A stretch of DNA of 64,000 nucleotides from Actinomycetes bacterium (GCA_021801525.1 JAJYXW010000192.1:14898-78897), one strand, 5' to 3'; counted from the first letter of the stretch, positions 7,647-16,755 are shown. The notes: generated from the letters alone by a model not told the origin. Translations and numbers: made by a program.

Positions 7647-9712
7647 GAGCGCGAACGCTGCCGCGCGTGGACGTGGGAATGGTCACCTGGAATGGGGCTG
7701 AGCTGGCCCTCCGAGCTGCGCGGAGCCTCTTCGAGAGCGACCAGGGCTGCGACATCGGGCTGCTCGTCTACGACAACGGCTCCACCGACGGCACGCCGGA
7801 GCTGCTGCGAGCCGCGCTGCCCCGTGCGGAGGTGATCGCCGGCGGGGAGAACCTGGGTTTCTCCAGAGCCATGAACGTGCTGATCGCGAAGTCCGGCGCG
7901 CCGTTCTTCTTCGCTCTCAACTCCGACGCGTGGCCGGAGGCTGGAGCTGTGGGCCGCCTTGTCGATGCTGCAGAGCGCCATCCGAGGGCCGCGGCGATCG
8001 CGCCGTTGCTGTTGCGCCCGGACGGGTCGGTGGAGCACTCGACACACCCTTTTCCTTCCCTTCGGATCGCCGCGCTCGATGCCCTGGGGCTGCGGGGCGC
8101 TCTGCCGAAGGCGCTGGCTCGCGCCTGGTGCCTCGAGGGCACATGGGCCCACGACGAGGCTCGCGAAGTCGACTGGGCAGTCGGAGCTGCGCTCCTGATG
8201 AGGCGGGCGGCACTGGACGAGGTGGGCTACTTGGAGGAGCGCTTCTTCATGTACGCCGAGGACCTGGAGTGGTGCTGGCGGGCGCACCGCCGGGGCTGGG
8301 AGGTCCGCTTCGAGCCGTCGGCGGTCGTTCGCCACGTCGGGAACGCATCGGGCGCTAGGCGCTTCGGTGCCGAGCGGATGAACCTGGAGACTGCCAACCT
8401 GCACAGCTTTTACCGGGCCGAGCATTCCGGGGCTGCTTCTGTGGCTTACCGGGTTCTGAGTGCTGCCGGGTGCCTGCTCGGCGAGCGCAGGGCGCGCCGT
8501 AACCTCGAGGACGAGGAGGCTGCCCACTGGCACCGGCAGGCCAAGGCGCACCTCGCCACAGCACGTGCAGCACGTGCAGCACGTGCAGCACGCACAGAGC
8601 GCACAGCAGGTGCAGCGGCGGCCCCGAGCGAGACCCGGGCGCGTGACGTGGCCGTCTCGCACGCATGGGAGGCAGCTCTGCGGGAGTACGGCGCGGAGCT
8701 CCTCCCCGGCGCGGAGCGCCCCGCCGGGGAGGACCGCCACGGCGGAGCACCCCCTCTGGTCACTGTTGCCGTCTCGACCAGAGGGCGATCGGCAATGGCC
8801 CTCCGCCTGCTCGAGTCCCTGGAGAGGCAGACCATCGGGTGTGGCTCCTTCGAGGTCGTCGTGGTAGACGACTGCTCGCCAGATCGAACGTCCGAGGAGA
8901 TTGTTCGCTTCGCCACCAGCACCTCGCTCAGGCTGAAAGTCATCCGCTCTCTCGCCCGGCGCGGCCCTGCCGCTGGCCGGAACCTGGCGTGGCGGGCCGG
9001 TAGCGGACCGCTGGTGGCGTTCACCGACGACGACTGCGTTCCCGATCCTCGCTGGCTCGCCGAGGGAGTGCGCGCAATGTCTAGGGGCGATCTGGTGGTG
9101 GTGGGAAGGACCGAGCCCCGCCCCGAGCAGGCTGCCCTTGCCTCGTTGCCTTTCAGCCGGACGGTGAGGGTGGATGGCGTGCGCTTCTTCGAGACATGCA
9201 ACGTCTTCTACCGGCGAGCGGACCTCGAGGCCGCTGGCGGCTTCGACGAGCGCTTCTCGCGCCCGAGCGGCGAGGACACCGAGCTGGCGCTCAGCGTCCT
9301 GGAGAGCGGGGTGCAGGCGGCGTTCTGCGCCGATGCGCTCGTGCACCACGAGGTCTGGCCCCCTGGTCTCGGCCCTGTGCTGCACCAGACTTGGCGCTGG
9401 ATAGACCTGCCGCTCCTCGTGCGCCGCCACCCGGCATCCGGGCGCGAGCTCCTCGGGCGCCCGCATTTCTGGAAGGAGTCTCACCCTTACGCGCTCGGGG
9501 CACTGGCGGGCACGGTTCTCGCCATGTCGGGCCATGAGCGCGTCGGTGTGGCTGCCGTGATTCCTTGGATCTACTTCCGTCTCGTGCGGGATCCCCCGTG
9601 CCCTGGCCCGCGGCGGCGCGTCGTCGCCCTGCCCGGAGCGCTCGTCCTCGACCTCTGCGAGGTGGGGGTCATGGCCGTAGGCTCGATGAAGCACCGGACC
9701 TTGGTGCTATGA
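7643..9712 (+). CDS. Dual-domain GT2-GT2 glycosyltransferase with a hydrophobic C-terminal region
   Basis: ATG 7643 overlaps the upstream stop (ATGA). Domain 1: VDVGMVTWNGAELAL...LLVYDNGSTDGT...ALNSDAWP...AEDLEWCWRAHRRGW. The linker contains an ARAARAARA repeat. Domain 2: LVTVAVSTRGRS...FEVVVVDDCSPDRT...VAFTDDDCVPDPRW...GGFDERF. The tail ends GSMKHRTLVL. Confidence 0.85.
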   Translation: MRARTLPRVDVGMVTWNGAELALRAARSLFESDQGCDIGLLVYDNGSTDGTPELLRAALPRAEVIAGGENLGFSRAMNVLIAKSGAPFFFALNSDAWPEAGAVGRLVDAAERHPRAAAIAPLLLRPDGSVEHSTHPFPSLRIAALDALGLRGALPKALARAWCLEGTWAHDEAREVDWAVGAALLMRRAALDEVGYLEERFFMYAEDLEWCWRAHRRGWEVRFEPSAVVRHVGNASGARRFGAERMNLETANLHSFYRAEHSGAASVAYRVLSAAGCLLGERRARRNLEDEEAAHWHRQAKAHLATARAARAARAARTERTAGAAAAPSETRARDVAVSHAWEAALREYGAELLPGAERPAGEDRHGGAPPLVTVAVSTRGRSAMALRLLESLERQTIGCGSFEVVVVDDCSPDRTSEEIVRFATSTSLRLKVIRSLARRGPAAGRNLAWRAGSGPLVAFTDDDCVPDPRWLAEGVRAMSRGDLVVVGRTEPRPEQAALASLPFSRTVRVDGVRFFETCNVFYRRADLEAAGGFDERFSRPSGEDTELALSVLESGVQAAFCADALVHHEVWPPGLGPVLHQTWRWIDLPLLVRRHPASGRELLGRPHFWKESHPYALGALAGTVLAMSGHERVGVAAVIPWIYFRLVRDPPCPGPRRRVVALPGALVLDLCEVGVMAVGSMKHRTLVL

Positions 9713-11022
9713 GACCGTCCCCACCTAGCTGCCCTGCCCGGCCGGACTCTGCACGGGCGAGCTCGCCCGAGGGCGTGCTTCATTTCGCAGAGCGCTGGCT
9801 CCCCGCTTCGGAAGGGTTTGTCTACGACCTCGTCGTCAATCTAGACAGGCCCAGGACCGTGGTGGCGAGGAATCCCCTCGAGAACACTGATCGCTTTCCT
9901 CTGGACGGGGTGCGCTCCCTCACATCGTTGGTGTCGCCGGTCCCGGCTGCCGTCCGGCAGAAGGCGATTACGCTTTCGCTGCTGGCGATCGCTCGCTGCT
10001 CGGGATCCGGGATCGTCCACGTCCACCACGGGTACGGTATCGACTCAGTGCTGGGCCTCGTGCGCCGCACCGGGATGCCGCTGGTGGTGTCGTTCCACGG
10101 GGACGACCTGACGGGCCACCTCGAGGAACACCCGGGCGCTTATAAGAGGGCGATCCCACTGGTGGACACTGTGGTCGTGCCATCTCGGTACCTCGCGGCA
10201 CGTGCGCTCGAGGTGGGCTTCGAGGGCAGCCGTGTCCAGGTGGTCCCGACCGGGGTGGACACCAGATACTTCGAGCCGACGCCATTGCCCGGCGGGGATC
10301 CGGTAGTCCTCTTCGTGGGCCGCTTCGTCGAGAAGAAGGGGCTGGACGTGCTCGCGGCAGCCTGGCCGCTCGTCTCTGCGGAGCTTCCCGACGCGCGCCT
10401 CCAAGTGCTCGGCTTCGGTCCGCTCGAGCACGTGGCTCGTTCCATCCCCGGCAAGGTCGAGGTGCACCTGGCCCCTACGCGTGACCAGGTGCGCGAGGCG
10501 ATACGCAGGGCTCGGGTGGTAGTGAGCCCGAGCCGCACGGCTCCCGGTGATTCCGTGGAGAGCCTGCTCGTGGTCAACCTCGAGGCTCAGGCGAGCGGTC
10601 GCCCAGTGGTGACCACGCGTCACGGGGGGATTCCCGAGTTCGTGGTGGAAGGCGAGACGGCCCTGGTCGTACCCGAGGCCGACCACGCTGCCCTGGCCCG
10701 TGCGCTTCTCAGGGTGCTGGTCGACGAGCAGCTGGCCAGGCGCCTTGCGTCCAATGGTCCCGGCTGGGTGCGCACCTTCGACGTGCGCGTGGCCGCCGAC
10801 CGTGTCGGCGCCGTCTACGAGGAGCTGCTGGCGCTCCGGGCGCCCGGCAGAGAGGCGCCCGCCACGGGGGCGCCCGGCACAGGGGCGCCCGGCACAGGGG
10901 CGCCCGCCACGCCGTCGAGGAGCCCCCAGCAGGTGAATGAGGGACCCATGAAGGCCCTGAGAGCGGAGAGATCCCGGCGGAGGACTGCTGCGAGACGGGA
11001 CCTGAGGTCGTCGTCCACCTGA
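9709..11022 (+). CDS. Family-4 glycosyltransferase (GT4)
   Basis: ATG 9709 overlaps the upstream stop (ATGA). Motifs: VLFVGRFVEKKGLDVL and SLLVVNLEAQASGRPVVTTRHGGIPEFV. The low-complexity tail (APGTG repeats) is antisense to the 3' end of the sulfotransferase gene. Confidence 0.85.
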   Translation: MRPSPPSCPARPDSARASSPEGVLHFAERWLPASEGFVYDLVVNLDRPRTVVARNPLENTDRFPLDGVRSLTSLVSPVPAAVRQKAITLSLLAIARCSGSGIVHVHHGYGIDSVLGLVRRTGMPLVVSFHGDDLTGHLEEHPGAYKRAIPLVDTVVVPSRYLAARALEVGFEGSRVQVVPTGVDTRYFEPTPLPGGDPVVLFVGRFVEKKGLDVLAAAWPLVSAELPDARLQVLGFGPLEHVARSIPGKVEVHLAPTRDQVREAIRRARVVVSPSRTAPGDSVESLLVVNLEAQASGRPVVTTRHGGIPEFVVEGETALVVPEADHAALARALLRVLVDEQLARRLASNGPGWVRTFDVRVAADRVGAVYEELLALRAPGREAPATGAPGTGAPGTGAPATPSRSPQQVNEGPMKALRAERSRRRTAARRDLRSSST

Positions 11023-11765
11023 AGCTCCTCCTCGCGAACGTCCCGGGCGAACAGCTTGCTCCGGTTCACGCGGCCAATGGCACGCTCGATCCCCGGAGGG
11101 ACGCGATCTGCGGCCCCCGAGCGGATGAGCACGTCACCTGCCAGCCTGGCCCACGCTCTTGGCGCACGGCGGCCTCGGGAGACGTTGTACTCCTCGTCGA
11201 CATTGTCGGGACAGAGATCTGGGTCCACGCCGATGAAGGAGAAGATGCGGCGCATGGTCTCCCTGCGCTCGAAGCGTAGATCCTCCGCGGTGAGAAGCAG
11301 CATCTGGGAAAGCGGGAAGTGCTCCAGGTACTGCTCGATCTGCAGAGCGTACAGGCATTCGTAGGAGTAGCGGGCGTCCAGCAACAGGGCTTCACGTATC
11401 GGCCTCGACTCGGTCCCCAGCCACAGCGAGTAGGCGTAGGCGGAGCGCATGTGCTCTATCGGGTCTCGCATGACGTAGATGAGACGGGCATCGGGGATCA
11501 GGTCGGCGATGCGCTTGGGCACGCCGCTGTACACGGGATAGACGCTGTAGTCGGTCGACAGATCGCCTCTGGCAGATCCCTCTGGCGCGCCAGCGAACAG
11601 GCTCTCGTACCATTCCTGGCCCCGCTGCCAACCCCGTTCTTCTACGAAATACTTTGGTTCCTTCTCGTTTTCCGGCACGAAGATGCCGGGGTGGCCTTGC
11701 ATGTAGCGCCACAAGCTCGTAGTGCCGGATTTGCGGGCTCCGATGACGAAGAACGTCGGCAGCAC
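10815..11765 (-). CDS. PAPS-dependent sulfotransferase family protein
   Basis: The 5'-PSB-like motif is FFVIGARKSGTTSLWRY at the N-terminus. The 3'-PB-like motif is IYVMRDPIEHMRSAY. 316 aa. The last ~65 codons overlap the convergent GT4 gene. Confidence 0.8.
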   Translation of the reverse strand: MLPTFFVIGARKSGTTSLWRYMQGHPGIFVPENEKEPKYFVEERGWQRGQEWYESLFAGAPEGSARGDLSTDYSVYPVYSGVPKRIADLIPDARLIYVMRDPIEHMRSAYAYSLWLGTESRPIREALLLDARYSYECLYALQIEQYLEHFPLSQMLLLTAEDLRFERRETMRRIFSFIGVDPDLCPDNVDEEYNVSRGRRAPRAWARLAGDVLIRSGAADRVPPGIERAIGRVNRSKLFARDVREEELQVDDDLRSRLAAVLRRDLSALRAFMGPSFTCWGLLDGVAGAPVPGAPVPGAPVAGASLPGARSASSSS

Positions 11766-11774
11766 ACTCGAATA

Positions 11775-14000
11775 CTAGGTGCGCTCCGAACCCGGTGGTC
11801 GCGCGTCGACGCAGCGCGCGGGCTGAACGGGGCCCTTCAGTTCGAGCACGGTGGCGCCGGATCTCCGGAGGACCACCTTGGCCGTCGTGACGGTTTCGGT
11901 CCATCCGATCTCCGGTGTCCCGGGCGGGTTGATGGTGTTGCTGCCGATGACTACCCACCTGACACGAGCGTCCGCCAGGGCGTCGGCGAAGCGCCTGCAA
12001 GTGGTGTCGGGCACGAGGCTCCCTGATCCATCGGGCTCTTCCAGATAGACGACGTGGTTGGAGAAGTCGTAGCCGTAGAGCGGGTAGGCGAGGGGATAGC
12101 CGAGCTCTCCGATGCGCTGCCCGTGCAGTGTGGCCGCCCAGCGCGCCAGGGGGATGGAGGCGAAGCGACGCGCCGGGTACCCGCGAGCGACGAAGAACCC
12201 GCTTGCGACAAGCGACAAAGCGAGGGCCGAGACCCCGAGGTAGGTGACAGCGGAGTGGCTGCCCGCCAGTGATCGGCGCTGCCAGGTCACGCCTTTCGCG
12301 ACATGCACGACGGTTGCCGCCGTCATCACGACCAGCGCCGCGACGATTCCGGAGCTGTAGTTACCCGCGGGCCATCCCGCGTAGGGGCCGCTTCGGGCGA
12401 GCCAGGCGTAGACCAGGGCAACGGTGAGGGTGCCGGTCCAGAGGCGCCTGAAGAGCCGCGAAGATCCGGCGGCAATGGCCGAGGCTAGCAGGCCCAGGGC
12501 GATGCTCGGCAAGAGGAAGCGCAGGTCAGGGGTGAAGAGCCAGGGGTCGCCCTCGGGACCGCCGGCGCTGTAAGGGGTGAAGAGGTAGGCGACGGCGGGC
12601 AGGGCAGAGGTGGCTGCGAGGATCCGGGCGCTAGCAGGGCCGCGCGCCACGGCGAAAGCACTTCCGGCGAAAGTCGCGGCGAGGACCACCCACCACGCAG
12701 GCCCGAACGCCTGGGAGAGGCCGGGGAGCACCGTGTGACGCCAGAACCCGAGGTCGGTCGCGTAGTGGGCCACGCTGTAGCCGGTCAGCCGAGCCACTGG
12801 GTCGTTCACCGCAGGAAGCCGGAGCGGTCCCAGGTGGACCGGCGTCTCCGGCGACGGGTTGCCGGCGTCGACCCAGTTGCGCAGGTACCAGAACCCGCCC
12901 GCGGCGAGAGCGGAGGCGCTCCAGCTGCCGAGCGCTCGCCACCTGGAGCGCCTCCATGCGCAGGCGACGATCACCCCGATCACCGCAGCAGGGGCCAGCG
13001 CGTCGAACTTGGTCCCCGCCGCCAAGCCGGCCGCGAGGCCGCTCATGGCTACGAGCGGGATCGGGCTAGAGCCGACCGTAGGTGGATCTGCTGCCTCGCT
13101 CTCGCGTGAGGAGCCGGCCTCGGCCGGCCGGTTGGCTTGGAGCGCGCAGACGAGGAACGCAGCCGATGCGAGGACGAGGGCGACGACGGCCAGGTCGTCG
13201 GTTGCCGCTCCTGCGTTGGTGACCACGAGCACCGGAACAGACACGCTGGCAGCGACGGCAAGGGTCACCTGGACGCGCAGCTTGCCGAGCTGCTGGTGGA
13301 TGGCGCCGGCCGACAGCAGGGCGACCGCCAGCCAGCCCAGGTTGACGATGGCGGAGAGCATGTCGTTCCCGAACAGGACGCCGGCGTCCACGTGCAGCAT
13401 CTCGGCGTTCAGGGGGTCGTAGGTCGGGAGCAGGTCCTGGTCCAGGAACTGCAGGTGGGTCATTCGGTGTCCCTGGATGAAGCGTGCCACGAGTGGGAGG
13501 TGGTACCTGAGGGTGTCGATGGACGTAGGTCCGGAGTGGAGGCCCACTGCCGACCAGGCCACCCACTGGCCGGCCACGCCGGCGAGGATCATCGCCGCCG
13601 CGATCGCGCCTCCCATGGGGGTGGCGCCGGTTGGCGCCGGGCCGGGTCGGCGTGTCCTCCGGGCCCGTGTAGTCGCGAGGTGTGCGCCGAGGGCCGCGAA
13701 GCTGGCGGTGAGGAGAAGCTGCCACCGGCCCAGCCAGCCGAGCGACCCGAGAAGCTCGGTGGCGAGGACCATGACGGCTATCGCCAGGAGCGCGTCCGCG
13801 AGCCGCGCCTGCGCTCCGCCGAGGCGGGGCATGGTGGTAGATCTCAGCCGCGACGCGACGAAGAGCATGCCTGCGAGGTAGGCGGCTACGCACGAGATGC
13901 CGGCCGTGTACGCCGCCAGCGTCACTGACGGACCGTCCTGGCGGCACCCGCTCCTGCGCATGGGCAGGGAACCGCATCCCTGCCCGGCTGCGTGGCGCAC
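11775..14000 (-). CDS. Large polytopic membrane protein, GT-C-like (ArnT/PMT-style) candidate glycosyltransferase or polymerase
   Basis: 741-aa ORF. It has more than 10 hydrophobic segments and an early loop SIDTLRYHLPLVARF. It ends in a C-terminal soluble domain of roughly 200-230 aa. It lies 9 nt upstream of the sulfotransferase gene on the same strand. The start codon is uncertain and the family assignment rests on architecture only. Confidence 0.45.
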   Translation of the reverse strand: MRHAAGQGCGSLPMRRSGCRQDGPSVTLAAYTAGISCVAAYLAGMLFVASRLRSTTMPRLGGAQARLADALLAIAVMVLATELLGSLGWLGRWQLLLTASFAALGAHLATTRARRTRRPGPAPTGATPMGGAIAAAMILAGVAGQWVAWSAVGLHSGPTSIDTLRYHLPLVARFIQGHRMTHLQFLDQDLLPTYDPLNAEMLHVDAGVLFGNDMLSAIVNLGWLAVALLSAGAIHQQLGKLRVQVTLAVAASVSVPVLVVTNAGAATDDLAVVALVLASAAFLVCALQANRPAEAGSSRESEAADPPTVGSSPIPLVAMSGLAAGLAAGTKFDALAPAAVIGVIVACAWRRSRWRALGSWSASALAAGGFWYLRNWVDAGNPSPETPVHLGPLRLPAVNDPVARLTGYSVAHYATDLGFWRHTVLPGLSQAFGPAWWVVLAATFAGSAFAVARGPASARILAATSALPAVAYLFTPYSAGGPEGDPWLFTPDLRFLLPSIALGLLASAIAAGSSRLFRRLWTGTLTVALVYAWLARSGPYAGWPAGNYSSGIVAALVVMTAATVVHVAKGVTWQRRSLAGSHSAVTYLGVSALALSLVASGFFVARGYPARRFASIPLARWAATLHGQRIGELGYPLAYPLYGYDFSNHVVYLEEPDGSGSLVPDTTCRRFADALADARVRWVVIGSNTINPPGTPEIGWTETVTTAKVVLRRSGATVLELKGPVQPARCVDARPPGSERT

Positions 14001-14145
14001 CTGGTCGGAGGTCGCATCGTGGCGAAACTTAGAGGCCCTGCGGATAGGCCCAGTGGACAGGCCCAGTGGACTTGGGGGCAGGCGAGCGGCAGTGTTAGGG
14101 GAATAATGCGTGACGCGGTCGAAAGATCACCGAAAGTGATGATTC

Positions 14146-15807
14146 GTGAGGATCGTTTCCGCAACCATCCGCCAAGGTCCGAGCTCCCTCCGGACTGGAG
14201 ACGAGACCGGCGAGCGCAAGGGGGGCAGGCATGCCTGGGTCGCAGCAGTGCTGCTGCTCGGAGGTCTGGTCGCTCCCTTGGCGGCCGCCGGCGCTACGTC
14301 GCTCGGCCTTCCGGCAGGGGGCGTCCTTCCGGCCGGCCAGGGTCCGAGCTCCAACCTGCTCATGGGGGACCAGTCGAGCTTCGCAGGGTCGAGCGGTGGA
14401 TGGGTCGGTGTGAAGGCAGCGGTCTCCTGGGTCGCAGCCCCCTCTTACAGCGGCGCCGGTGCTCTGTCGGTTTCTCCGCAGAGCGCGACCGGGGCATCCG
14501 TGTGGTCTGGGAACGGTTCGGGTGGCGCCGCGGGCGGAGACACCCAGGCGGTACCCGGCGATGTCTATGCGGGGGGCGCGATGGTCGACTCCGTGTCCGG
14601 AGAGGTGATTGCCCAGCCCGCGCTCGCCTTCTTCAGTGCGGGCGGCGGGTTCCTCGGTGGGCTCTGGGGGCAGGTCATGGCGCTGGATCCTGGCAGATGG
14701 ACTGCGTTGGCACCGGTGGTCGGGATCGCTCCGAGCGGTGCGGCCTGGGTGGTCCTAGGGATTGGCACGAACGGCAGCACGGCCGGCTCGCGCATGGACG
14801 TGGACGCGGCCAGCTTGCGCTCGTCCCCCGGAGGGTCGCCTGCCGTGGACGGTCCTCTCAGCGTGTCGGGCAACAAGATCCTCCAGTCCGACGGGAGCCC
14901 CGTGGTGCTGAGGGGGATCGTGCTATACGGGCTCGAGGCGAGCGCCAACCCCCCGATCATGAGCGAGAACGAGCTGCTCCAGGCGAAGGCGTGGGGGGCC
15001 AACATGATCCGCCTCCCTCTCGGTGAGCAGTTGTGGCTCTCGTCGAGCTGCCAGTACGACTCCAACTACGAGAGCGCCGTCGCCGGCATGGTCCGCTCCA
15101 TCACCTCCCTCGGGATGGTCGCCCTCTTGGACCTCCACTTCAATTCCGTCAGCCCATGCGGCCCGGCAGGCCAGCAGCCCATGGCCGACTACCCGGGCTC
15201 GGTGGAGTTCTGGCAGCAGGTGTCTGCCCAGTTCGGCTCCAACCCCCTCGTTGCCTTCGACCTGTACAACGAGCCCCACGGGCTCACCACCGCCCAGTGG
15301 CTCCATGGCGGCCCGGTCAACGTAGCCCCCTCACCGCCTTTCGAGGCGGCGGGGATGCAGCAGCTCTACGACGCTGTGCGCTCCAGTGGAACGAGCGACC
15401 TTGTCGTCGTGAGCGGCAACGACTGGGCTACGAGCTTCCCCGGCGCTCTTGTGAAGGGTTACAACATCGCTTACGGCGTACACAGCTACTCGTGCCCCTT
15501 CGCACCTCCCCCGAGGTGCGGGTCGCCCGATCCGTACTCGCCGCCGTTCCTAGCCTCGTGGGCCAAGAGCGCTGCGGGCGTGCCTGTGATCGTGAGCGAG
15601 TTCGGCTGGCCCAGCACGCTGAGCGGCACGTTCGACGCCAATGTGATCGCCTTTGCCCAGGCTCGAGGCTGGGGATGGTCCGTGTTCGCTTGGGATGGCA
15701 GCACGAGCGGGATCTTCGACTTGCTGGCCTCAGTGCCGAAGCTCGGGTCGTACGAGCCCGCGCCTTCCGGGATGCCGGTGTTGGCGGCCCTCTCCGGCCT
15801 CTCCTGA
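14146..15807 (+). CDS. Secreted glycoside hydrolase family 5 with an N-terminal CBM4/9-like module (paralog A)
   Basis: N-terminal anchor/signal is HAWVAAVLLLGGLVAPLAAAGA. The CBM-like region is FAGSSGGWVGVKAAVSWV...RMDVDAASLR. GH5 motifs are AFDLYNEPHG (acid/base Glu) and VIVSEFGWPS (nucleophile Glu). Confidence 0.8.
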   Translation: MRIVSATIRQGPSSLRTGDETGERKGGRHAWVAAVLLLGGLVAPLAAAGATSLGLPAGGVLPAGQGPSSNLLMGDQSSFAGSSGGWVGVKAAVSWVAAPSYSGAGALSVSPQSATGASVWSGNGSGGAAGGDTQAVPGDVYAGGAMVDSVSGEVIAQPALAFFSAGGGFLGGLWGQVMALDPGRWTALAPVVGIAPSGAAWVVLGIGTNGSTAGSRMDVDAASLRSSPGGSPAVDGPLSVSGNKILQSDGSPVVLRGIVLYGLEASANPPIMSENELLQAKAWGANMIRLPLGEQLWLSSSCQYDSNYESAVAGMVRSITSLGMVALLDLHFNSVSPCGPAGQQPMADYPGSVEFWQQVSAQFGSNPLVAFDLYNEPHGLTTAQWLHGGPVNVAPSPPFEAAGMQQLYDAVRSSGTSDLVVVSGNDWATSFPGALVKGYNIAYGVHSYSCPFAPPPRCGSPDPYSPPFLASWAKSAAGVPVIVSEFGWPSTLSGTFDANVIAFAQARGWGWSVFAWDGSTSGIFDLLASVPKLGSYEPAPSGMPVLAALSGLS

Positions 15808-15811
15808 TCCG

Positions 15812-15864
15812 TTCCTTCCGGCTGAGTCCCTGCAGACCTTTCCTTCCGGCTGAGTCCCTGCAGA
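15812..15864. repeat. 25-nt direct repeat x2 (TTCCTTCCGGCTGAGTCCCTGCAGA), period 28
   Basis: Copies at 15812-15836 and 15840-15864, starting 5 nt after the GH5-A stop. Confidence 0.9.
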
Positions 15865-15942
15865 GCGTGATCTTCGACATCCGGCGGGGGCCTGCCTCTA
15901 CCCAACTGCGCCGCGGTGCCCCGTCGTCGAGGGCGGGGCAGT

Positions 15943-16755
15943 TCATCCGGTCGCCGCCGTGCGTGTCGGGTCTTGCGCCTTCTGGAACACGGCCAAGCTC
16001 AGGTGCGCCTTGCGAGGGGCGATCGTCTCGAGGACGTACTCGAGCATTCCCCGCAGACGGTGGGGCATGTCGGGGAAACGAAGCTCGTCCAGGTCCCGTG
16101 AGAGCCACCGGTATAGCGGGAGGAGCATGGTCAGGCGGAGCCCGTGGGGTTCGGTCGCAGATGCCCAGCTCTCCATCGAGCGGAAGCGCACGTGTGCTGC
16201 AGGATCGCGCTCCGCCACCCCGAAGCAGTCGGTTGCCACGAGGAAGCCCCCCGGAGCGATCACCCGCGCCAGCTCGACGATCCCTGCCTGCCAGAGCTCG
16301 TCGTCGGTCACGTGGTAGGCCACGTCCATTAGCGTCACCAGCTCGTAGGTTCCCTCGGCTCGCGGCACTGCGGACGAGCCGAGGGCGAACCTGAAGAAGA
16401 CTACGTCGGGGAAGCGTTCGGTCAGCCGGGACACGGAGACCGCCGTCAGGTCGGAGCCCTCTACGACGGCGCCCCAGGCCAGGAGCTGCTCTACCACCCA
16501 GCCGGTGCCGCTTCCCACGTCGAGCGCCCGCGGCTCGAGCACCTGATCTTTCGAGGAAGGCTCCGCGAGCGGTGGGGAGAAGAGGTTGCGCCTGCGGGAA
16601 ATGGCGCCCAGCGCTCTTCCCAGCACCTTCGCTTTGCGGCGGTACATCCATTCGTTGTAGCCCCGGGAGTAGGAGACATGCCCGGTCCCCCTGAGGGTGA
16701 AGTCGGAGGCGAGCAGCTCGGACCAGTACTCGAGAGGTCTATACCTGTCGTCCAC
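15943..16755 (-). CDS. Class I SAM-dependent methyltransferase
   Basis: Motif I is ALDVGSGTGWVVEQLLAWGAVVEGSDL, and the post-I/II region is YELVTLMDVAYHVTDDELW. 270 aa. It lies antisense between the two GH5 paralogs. Confidence 0.8.
   Translation of the reverse strand: MDDRYRPLEYWSELLASDFTLRGTGHVSYSRGYNEWMYRRKAKVLGRALGAISRRRNLFSPPLAEPSSKDQVLEPRALDVGSGTGWVVEQLLAWGAVVEGSDLTAVSVSRLTERFPDVVFFRFALGSSAVPRAEGTYELVTLMDVAYHVTDDELWQAGIVELARVIAPGGFLVATDCFGVAERDPAAHVRFRSMESWASATEPHGLRLTMLLPLYRWLSRDLDELRFPDMPHRLRGMLEYVLETIAPRKAHLSLAVFQKAQDPTRTAATG

Noticed and set aside
7571-9694. 707-aa minus-strand ORF
   Set aside because: It is antisense to the GT2-GT2 gene, which has clear family motifs. The antisense product is low-complexity (Arg/Pro/Gly/Ala).
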